Shown here: positions 46,283 to 53,133 of the stretch, piece after piece | Layout: each line of letters opens with the position of its first letter | Numbering within the stretch: position 1 is the first letter of the stretch | Origin: Acidimicrobiia bacterium | GTDB lineage: Bacteria; Actinomycetota; Acidimicrobiia; Acidimicrobiales; CAIXPF01 | Assembly: GCA_009377505.1 (NCBI GenBank) | Contig: WHTX01000001.1 | Span: forward strand, 1-56,848 | DNA length: 56,848 nucleotides | Direction of reading: 5' to 3' | Translations under genes and position numbers: made by a program | Notes under the pieces: generated by a model | Databases searched by the model: none | Told to the model about the DNA's origin: nothing | Seen by the model: only the letters and a program-made list of their open reading frames with translations

Positions 46283-46467
46283 TGCGCGGCCGCGGCCGCG
46301 GCCGGGGACTGGCGGCACGCCGTGCGGTTCTGTGCTGCCAGCGGGGGCGGCCGGCGCGGCACTGGCAGCGCGGAGCGCGGGTCTCCGCCGGCGACGCTGC
46401 CAATCGGCCATCGCCGACCACCGACCGGCTCCTGCTGGCCTGATGCCCGGCCGGCCTACCTTCCGGG

Positions 46468-47538
46468 TCAGGGCGGGGGCGGGGCCTGCGCGGCGCGGAG
46501 GTGGGCGGCGAAGTCGGCGGGCTTGGCGTGGGCGTTGAGGCCGCTGGTGTTGGGCATGACGTAGGCCGGGGCGCTCGCGAAGGGCTCGGGCTGCCAGCCG
46601 AGCTGAGCCTTGGGGTCGACGGCCAGGCGGTAGCCGGTCACGCCGACGAAGCAGACCGCCCGCGGCTGCAGCCACTTCACCAGTCGCCGCAGCCGGTCGG
46701 CTCCCGCCCGGTACTCCTCGCGGCCGAGCTCGTCGGCCCGGGCGGTCACCCGTCCCACGATGTTGGTCATGCCCACTGCGTCGACCCGCAGAGCGTGGAA
46801 CTGGTCACGGGCCCGGGACACCAGCCCCGTGGCCAGCGCCGCCGGCCAGAACCGGTTGCCTGGCCCGGCGTAGCCGTAGCCGGCGTCTGCGGTGTGGAAG
46901 CTCGGGTTCAGGCCGACCACCAGTAGCCGCATGCCGGGGCCCACGGTGTCCGCCAGCAACCGGGCGCTCGTGGCCTCGACGTCGACCCACGACTCACCGT
47001 CGTCGCCGCTCGACACCACCTCGAAGCCGGCCGCCTCCACCAGCTCGCGGAACTGCGCCGTCGTGAAGCGGGCGAAGTGCCGCCCGGCGAAGATGTCGTC
47101 ACCCGCCCCCCGGTCGAGCTGGTCGCAGGCCACCCGCAGGTGAACGGCCGCGCCCCGCGCCGTGGCCCGGTGCAGCTCGGCCAGTGCCATCGGCAGCCGC
47201 TCGGCGGGCACGTGCTGGTACGACTTGTGCGCCCACGCCCCCGTCAGCGCCCCCCGGCGGAACGGCAGCCGCTCGAGGTCGCCGAGCACCCGGGCCGCCG
47301 AGGGCGCGTGCCGGGCCACGTGGGCCAGCATCGCCCGCGACGCGTCCATGGCCACCACCGGCGCGCCGAGCAGGGCGCTGTGCCACCCCGGCCCGCACCC
47401 GAGGTCGGCCCGCGCCCCCGTGGGCACCCGCTCGACGAAGGGCGCCAACGCCAACGGGGCCGGCCCTCGCCTCGCGGTGACCCACTCCTCGGCGTGCGCG
47501 TCGTACACGGCGATCGTGGGGCGGTCCATCACCGTCAT
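46468..47538 (-). CDS. fusion: class I SAM-dependent methyltransferase + G/U-mismatch uracil-DNA glycosylase (MUG/TDG family)
   Basis: MTase 'ADLGCGPGWHS...VVAMDAS'. MUG 'LLVVGLNPS', 'GNRFWPA' and 'VMPNTSGLN'. The frame stays open upstream to an RBS-preceded ATG at 47835 that encodes a lipoprotein-like leader. Confidence 0.7.
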   Translation of the reverse strand: MTVMDRPTIAVYDAHAEEWVTARRGPAPLALAPFVERVPTGARADLGCGPGWHSALLGAPVVAMDASRAMLAHVARHAPSAARVLGDLERLPFRRGALTGAWAHKSYQHVPAERLPMALAELHRATARGAAVHLRVACDQLDRGAGDDIFAGRHFARFTTAQFRELVEAAGFEVVSSGDDGESWVDVEATSARLLADTVGPGMRLLVVGLNPSFHTADAGYGYAGPGNRFWPAALATGLVSRARDQFHALRVDAVGMTNIVGRVTARADELGREEYRAGADRLRRLVKWLQPRAVCFVGVTGYRLAVDPKAQLGWQPEPFASAPAYVMPNTSGLNAHAKPADFAAHLRAAQAPPPP

Positions 47539-48090
47539 CCTCGCGTCCCCCCGCCGGACGACGAGGGTGGCCGGTGCTGCCTTGTTGTTGGTGAGCTCCA
47601 ACTCGTAGACGACGTGGTAGCGGCCGTCCGTGCCTTCGAAGGCCTGGGGGACGCGGCCCATCCGCCTGACGGTGACGGGGGTGAAGACGTCGCCGGAGCC
47701 GCCCGGGGTGGTGACGTCGGGGGGGCTCCCCGTGGCCACCGAGGCCGGCTCCCCGCCTCCGCAGGCGGCGAGGAGGAGCGCCACGGGCATCAGCGCTCCC
47801 GGAAGGAGGTGGCGCTTCCCCGCCAGGTTGGCCATGGATGTCTCCCCGCGTGCGTCGTGATCACCGACGAGTGCGATCGGCACGTCCACCACTGCCAATA
47901 GACCTGGGCCCATGGTCGGGCGTTCGACGGGCGCTGGGCCGTTACAGCGCGACCGGGTTCCTGTCGATACCGCATCCGGCGGATCACACCGCTTGCTGAA
48001 CGACAGGGCACACCCGCTCCGGGGCGGGCCCGCAAAGCCCACGGGGCCCTCGGGGCTGGCCGGGCTACCGAACCCAGGGAGCACACGACC

Positions 48091-48474
48091 ATGGACATCA
48101 CCAGGCGCGCCAAGCTCATGGTCGGCGCCGTCGCCCTCATCGGATCGATCGCCGCCCTCGGCGGCGCCTCCACCGCCGGCGGCGTGAGCGACTCGTCCGG
48201 CGACGGGTTCGTCGGCGGCACGATCACCCAGACCGTCACCGGGGCGGAGATCACCAACGTCGCCTACACCGTCGACGCCGGCAACGAGATCACCGATGTC
48301 GACCTGACGTTCGCCGCCGGCGTCGACGGCAAGGCCGTCGCCATCGCCTTCGACGACGGCGCGTCCGTCTACACCTGCACCGACATCGCGACCAACGCCT
48401 CCGCTTGCACGGCCACCGCCGCGGTGGCCTCTGCCGACGCCAACACCCTCACCATCACCGTCAGCCTGGCCTGA
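48091..48474 (+). CDS. small exported protein with SipW/alternate-type signal peptide
   Basis: 127 aa. 'RRAKLMVGAVALIGSIAALGGASTAGG' leader, then a Thr/Ala/Asp-rich beta-type sequence. GGGAG lies before the ATG. Sits directly upstream of a SipW-type peptidase. Confidence 0.7.
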   Translation: MDITRRAKLMVGAVALIGSIAALGGASTAGGVSDSSGDGFVGGTITQTVTGAEITNVAYTVDAGNEITDVDLTFAAGVDGKAVAIAFDDGASVYTCTDIATNASACTATAAVASADANTLTITVSLA

Positions 48475-48490
48475 CCGCGACGACCCGAAC

Positions 48491-48516
48491 GGCCCGCCCC
48501 GTGCCGGGGGCGGGCC
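48491..48516 (+). terminator. intra-locus stem-loop between the exported-protein and peptidase genes
   Basis: GGCCCGCCCC-gtgccg-GGGGCGGGCC, a 10-bp perfect stem. Confidence 0.5.
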
Positions 48517-48533
48517 GTCGTCCGCGCTGCACC

Positions 48534-49970
48534 ATGCACCCGTCGCTCCGTCGCCTCGTCGCCGTCACCCTGATCGCGCTGGTCGCCCTGGGCGCGGCAG
48601 CGCTGGCCACCGGCCGCCTCGCCTACTACGTGACGAGCGGCGCCAGCATGAGCCCGACCTACGACGCTGGCGACCTCGTCGTCGTCGCCCCCGCCCGCTC
48701 CTACGCCACCGGGGACGTCGTCGCCTACCCGACGGACGACCTGGTCGTGCTCCACCGCATCGTCGGCGGCGACGCCACCGGCTTCCACACCAAGGGCGAC
48801 GACAACCAGTCCGTCGACCCCGGCCGTCCCACGGCGGACGAGGTCACCGGCCGCGCCGTCCTGCACGTGCCCAAGGTCGGCTCGCTCCTCACGTCACCCC
48901 TCACCCGTGGCCTGCTCGCCGCCGCCGCCCTTTCCCTGCTGGGAGCCTTGATCGTGAACCCTCGCCGCAAGCCCCCTCCTGCGCCCGGCACGGCTCGTCC
49001 CCTCGGCAGCACGCGCACGATCTGGACCGGCCTGGTCGCCCTCGACCTGCTCCTGCTCACCGCCATGGGCCTAGCGTTCGCCTTCGCGCCCCGCTCCGTC
49101 ACCGGACCGGCGGCCCTGACCCAGACGGGCACGCTCGGCTACCACGCCGACGTCCCGCCGAGCGACACCTACCCGACGGGGCACGTGGCCACCGGCGACC
49201 CGGTGTTCCTCCGGCTGCTCGACGCGGTCGACGTGTCCTTCCGCTATGCCACCGACGCCTCCCCGGAGAGGGTGGAGGGAACGGCCCGACTCGACGCCGC
49301 CCTGTCCACACCGGACGGGTGGCAGACCACCCTCCCGCTCGCCGAGCCCGCCCCCCTCGTGGACGGCTCGATCGCCCTGACCGCCACGTTGGACCTGGCC
49401 GACATCGGGGACCTCGCCGGCCGCGTCGCCGCCGCGACCGGCTCCGGCAGCGGCCGGGTCGACGTCCTCGTCACGGCCTCTGGTGAGGCCAGCCTCGACG
49501 GGGGCGACCCCGTCGCCCACCGGACCGAGCTCGCCCTCCAGCTGTCCCCGCTCGCCCTGACCCTCACCGGCGTCGAGCCGAGCAGCACGCCCGAGGGGCC
49601 GGCGGTGGCCTCCACCGTGCCGTTCAGCGCGGCCCGCGCCATCGCCGCCGAGACCGGCGGCGTGCCCGGCGAGGTGCGGATGGCCCTCGTCGCCGCCCTG
49701 TTGTTGAGCGTGGCGGGCACCGCGCTCCTCTGGCCGGCCTCGCCCCGCAGCGGCGACAGTGGCGACGGCGACTCGCGGCCATCTCAGGCCGTCGACATCC
49801 AACTGCCCCGGACCAGCGCCTGGGTCGAGCTCGCCGACCGAGCCGAGCTCGAGCAACTCGCCCGGAACCTCGGCCGGCCCATCGTCGAAGGCCCCGGCGG
49901 CTGGCAGGGCGTCGCCACGCCCGACACCTGGTACTGGTCCCGGGCCCGCTCCCCCCATCCAGGAGTCTGA
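48534..49970 (+). CDS. signal peptidase I, SipW/ER type (S26B), fused to a roughly 330-aa membrane-anchored C-terminal extension
   Basis: 'SGASMSPTYDAGDLVVV', 'LHRIV' and 'KGDDNQSVD' are the Ser/His-type motifs. Additional TM helices follow ('IWTGLVALDLLLLTAMGLAF', 'MALVAALLLSVAGTALLW'), flanking a large unassigned domain. Confidence 0.75.
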   Translation: MHPSLRRLVAVTLIALVALGAAALATGRLAYYVTSGASMSPTYDAGDLVVVAPARSYATGDVVAYPTDDLVVLHRIVGGDATGFHTKGDDNQSVDPGRPTADEVTGRAVLHVPKVGSLLTSPLTRGLLAAAALSLLGALIVNPRRKPPPAPGTARPLGSTRTIWTGLVALDLLLLTAMGLAFAFAPRSVTGPAALTQTGTLGYHADVPPSDTYPTGHVATGDPVFLRLLDAVDVSFRYATDASPERVEGTARLDAALSTPDGWQTTLPLAEPAPLVDGSIALTATLDLADIGDLAGRVAAATGSGSGRVDVLVTASGEASLDGGDPVAHRTELALQLSPLALTLTGVEPSSTPEGPAVASTVPFSAARAIAAETGGVPGEVRMALVAALLLSVAGTALLWPASPRSGDSGDGDSRPSQAVDIQLPRTSAWVELADRAELEQLARNLGRPIVEGPGGWQGVATPDTWYWSRARSPHPGV

Positions 49971-49980
49971 CACCCGGGGC

Positions 49981-50844
49981 TCAACGCGGCTTGCGGTTGA
50001 GCTCCCAGTTCTCCAGCGCCCGTTGCACCATCGGCCGCCGCCGCCCGGCGGGCTCGACCACGAAGGAGTCGGGGTCGCGCTCGCCCAGCCGGCCGAGCAC
50101 GTACAGCCCGTGCGCGTTGACCAGGTGCGACGTGAACCCTGCGGCGTCCTGCGCCTGGTTGACGGCGAGCTTGGTCATCCGCAGCTGGAACGGGTCGTTC
50201 TGGGCCACCCGGCCAGCCCACGCCAGCACCTCGTCCTCCAATCGGTCACGAGGCACCACCCGGTTGACCAACCCCTGCCGCTCGGCCTCGGCCGCGTCCA
50301 GGAACCGGGGCTCGAAGAGCAGCTCCTTGACCTTGCGAGCGGGCAGGTCCCACGGCATCGAGAAGTACTGGAAGTGGCTGCCCAGGAACATCGCGTCCTC
50401 GGCGGCGAAGATCACGTCCATGGCCGACGCCAGCATCCACCCGCCGAAGATGCAGTAGCCCTGCACGGCGACGACCGTCGGCTTGGGCAGGTTCCGCCAG
50501 CGCAGCGTGTTGGCGAAGAACAGCTCGTAGGTCTGCTCGTACCAACCCCGGATGCCGCCCCGCCAGGGGCGCTCGGCCCGGTCGGCCAGCTCCTCGGGGG
50601 TGCCGAGGTCGTGCCCGGCCGAGAAGTGCTCGCCCGCCCCGAAGAGCGCCACCACGTGCACGTCGACGTCGTCGCCCGCCCTCAGGAAGGCCTCGTCGAG
50701 CGCCTCGAGGAGGACTCGGCTCTGGGCGTTGCGGTAACCGGGCCGGTCGACGGTGATGCGGGCCACGTGGTCGGCGACCTCGTACCGAACGAGCGGGCCC
50801 GCCCCCTCGCCCCCGCCGGCGGTCCCCCCAGGCACATCACCCAT
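49981..50844 (-). CDS. enoyl-CoA hydratase/isomerase (crotonase) family protein
   Basis: 'ARITVDRPGYRNA', 'FSAGHDLG' and 'VAVQGYCIFGGWMLA' are oxyanion-hole segments. Start 'MGDVPGG' chosen inside a longer artefact ORF. Confidence 0.8.
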   Translation of the reverse strand: MGDVPGGTAGGGEGAGPLVRYEVADHVARITVDRPGYRNAQSRVLLEALDEAFLRAGDDVDVHVVALFGAGEHFSAGHDLGTPEELADRAERPWRGGIRGWYEQTYELFFANTLRWRNLPKPTVVAVQGYCIFGGWMLASAMDVIFAAEDAMFLGSHFQYFSMPWDLPARKVKELLFEPRFLDAAEAERQGLVNRVVPRDRLEDEVLAWAGRVAQNDPFQLRMTKLAVNQAQDAAGFTSHLVNAHGLYVLGRLGERDPDSFVVEPAGRRRPMVQRALENWELNRKPR

Positions 50845-50937
50845 CGTCCCAGCTTGGCACGTCCCCGTGACCGGGCCCGCTCCGCTTGCGCCTGAGCTGG
50901 CGCGGACACGGCACCAGCCGTCGGCTAGACCGACGGT

Positions 50938-51189
50938 GTGCCGACACAGATCCGGTTCCGCGGCCCGGGGGCCGAGGCTGCAGAGCTGATCGCCGAGCTC
51001 CGGGCGGGGGGCCATGAGCCCGCGGCGTCCTCGTCGGCGACGCTTCACCTGGACGAGCGGGTCGTCAACCTCGTCATCACCATCCCCGGGGGGCTCGACG
51101 GCATCATCGACGTGATCGACCGCTTTCGTGCCCGTGCCGGCTCCCGCATCTCGACGAGCGAGGACAGCGACACGCCCCAGCAGCCCTGA
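50938..51189 (+). CDS. small hypothetical protein (83 aa)
   Basis: GTG start. Third codon positions are almost all G/C, unlike the overlapping frames. No family recognised. Confidence 0.5.
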   Translation: MPTQIRFRGPGAEAAELIAELRAGGHEPAASSSATLHLDERVVNLVITIPGGLDGIIDVIDRFRARAGSRISTSEDSDTPQQP

Positions 51190-51238
51190 GCAGCCCGCGA
51201 CCCGTCGCAGTCCGGCCCGCGGCGCCGACCTGGCCATC

Positions 51239-52633
51239 ATGGTCCCGATGCCCAACAGCTCCCCGCCCCCGGGGCGGGCCGACGTGCACCCTCCGGCGGA
51301 CCCGTGGGGCGAGGCCGTCGCCCGCTTCCTCGGGGACCTCCTCGACGACGTCGCCATCGACCTCGTCTACGCCCCCGACGGGCCGCCGAACTCGACGCGG
51401 CCGGGCCCGCCGGCGCAGCCGTGGAGCGCCGTGCTGCCCGGGCCGACGGGCTGGTCGGCGACCCTGAACCTGCACCTGTCGCCCGGGTCGCGCGCCCTGT
51501 ACGGCGCCACGGGCCCGACCGACCTACCCTCGGAGTTCACCGACCTCCCGGGAGCGGCGGCGCGGGCCATCGACCGGATCACCGTGGGCGCCGACCCCGC
51601 GGCTGGAGGTGTCTACCCGACGCTGGCCGTGGCGCTGCACGACGTCGTCGTGGCCGAGATCCTCGCCGAGAAGGTCAGCGAGCGCTCGGTGGCCGACGTG
51701 CCCGCCGACGTCGCCCTGCTGGTCTCGGACACCCTCTCCTACGTCACCGAGCTCTCGCAGCGTCGCGTGGAGGGCCGCTCGTTGACGCACGGCGTGGTGA
51801 TCGGGCCGGCGACGACCGAGGTCGCGGAACGCCGTGGCCAGGTCTCCTACCCCGCCGACGTGCGCGCCCTGAAGCGGACGCCGCTGCTGTTCGACGGCCT
51901 GCGGTCCTGCCTGGCGGTCGGGCCCTCCGGGGCCGTGCAAGGCGAGATCACCCGGCGGTCCCTCGCCGCCCTCGACATCGAGGACCTCCTGGAGCCCCTC
52001 GAAGAGGCCCTCGGCGACGCCGGCGCGCTGGTCGCGGCAGCGTCGCGTGCCCTGAACGGGGTCGGGTTCTTCCTCGCCGCCGACCAGGCCATTTGGATCT
52101 TCGACCAGGGGCAGCCCTTGATGCTCCGCCGGGGCGGGCGGTGGAAGGCCATACCGTTCGCGTCGCTGATCGGCGGGCTGGCCGAGCTCGTCGGGTCTCA
52201 GCCCCTCGCCGCCCTGGTGGCCCGCACGGCGCTGCTCGCCTCGCTGGACAACCACGGCGCCATCATCGCCGTCGTCGACTCGTCCGACCGCGTCGAGGGC
52301 GTGGTCGAGCCCAAGGACCGCTACGACGTGGCCCGCTCCGGAGAGGGCGAGGGCCCAGCTGAGTTCCTGGTGCACCGGCTGTTGCACGCCGACGACCTCG
52401 ACGTGGCCACGCTCTTGCGCTTGGCGGTGATCGACGGCGCCACCGTCCTCGACTCGCTCGGCCAGCTGCTGGCGTACGGGGCCATCGTGCGCAGCGAGTC
52501 CAGCCAGGGCGAGGGCGCTCGTACAGCGGCGGCGCGCACGTTGTCGCGGGTGGCCCGGGTGGTCCTGCGCGTCTCCGAGGACGGGCCCATCGCCGTCTTC
52601 GTGGACGGGGCCCAGATCGCCACGTTGCTCTGA
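51239..52633 (+). CDS. protein with C-terminal divergent diadenylate-cyclase (DisA_N/DAC)-like domain
   Basis: 'HGAIIAVVD', 'DGATVLD' and 'GARTAAARTLSRVARVVLRVSEDGPIAVFVDG' parallel the DAC motifs GALIV / DGA / GTRHRAA...VSEE.G.IS. Start is uncertain, with no clear RBS. Confidence 0.55.
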   Translation: MVPMPNSSPPPGRADVHPPADPWGEAVARFLGDLLDDVAIDLVYAPDGPPNSTRPGPPAQPWSAVLPGPTGWSATLNLHLSPGSRALYGATGPTDLPSEFTDLPGAAARAIDRITVGADPAAGGVYPTLAVALHDVVVAEILAEKVSERSVADVPADVALLVSDTLSYVTELSQRRVEGRSLTHGVVIGPATTEVAERRGQVSYPADVRALKRTPLLFDGLRSCLAVGPSGAVQGEITRRSLAALDIEDLLEPLEEALGDAGALVAAASRALNGVGFFLAADQAIWIFDQGQPLMLRRGGRWKAIPFASLIGGLAELVGSQPLAALVARTALLASLDNHGAIIAVVDSSDRVEGVVEPKDRYDVARSGEGEGPAEFLVHRLLHADDLDVATLLRLAVIDGATVLDSLGQLLAYGAIVRSESSQGEGARTAAARTLSRVARVVLRVSEDGPIAVFVDGAQIATLL

Positions 52634-52693
52634 GCAGGGCGGTAGGGTCGGGCTCCCAGCGTCGCCCGCCCTGGCCGGCGGGCTGGCATTTCG

Positions 52694-53104
52694 ATGGTGG
52701 TCCGTCCCATGGTCCTGCCTCGGGTGATGGTCGTCGAGGACAGCGCGGAGCTGCGCCAGCTCTTCGCCCGAGTGCTCGACCGCACCGCCGTCGAGCACGT
52801 GACGGTGCCCGACGCCGCCTCTGCCCTCGCCGCGCTGGACGAGCAGGAGTTCGCCCTCGTCCTCCTCGACAAACGGCTCGGGGCGTCGAGCGGGCTCGAG
52901 GTGCTCGCCCGCCTGCGCGCCGACCCCCGCCACCGCGCCACTCGTGTGGTCATGATGAGCGGCGACCCCCCGGGCGGCCGCTCGGGCGAGGGCCCCGAGC
53001 CCGACAGCTACCTGATGAAGCCCGTCGGCGTGCACCAGCTCGTCGACGTCGTGCGCACCCAGCTGGCGGCGTTCGACGAGGCCGAGCCCTCCGAGGGCCC
53101 CTGA
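52694..53104 (+). CDS. single-domain response regulator (CheY-like receiver)
   Basis: 'VMVVEDS', phospho-acceptor context 'LVLLDKRL' and 'YLMKP'. No output domain. Confidence 0.75.
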   Translation: MVVRPMVLPRVMVVEDSAELRQLFARVLDRTAVEHVTVPDAASALAALDEQEFALVLLDKRLGASSGLEVLARLRADPRHRATRVVMMSGDPPGGRSGEGPEPDSYLMKPVGVHQLVDVVRTQLAAFDEAEPSEGP

Positions 53105-53133
53105 GGCCGGCCGTCGGGCGACAGCCTTCGGGG

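Noticed and set aside
51128-51238. Longer form of the DAC-like protein starting at GTG 51128.
   Set aside because: It would overlap the 83-aa ORF by 62 nt. In that stretch its third-codon positions are A/T-rich, while the small ORF's frame shows the genome-typical G/C-rich third positions. ATG 51239 is preferred, though it has no clear RBS.
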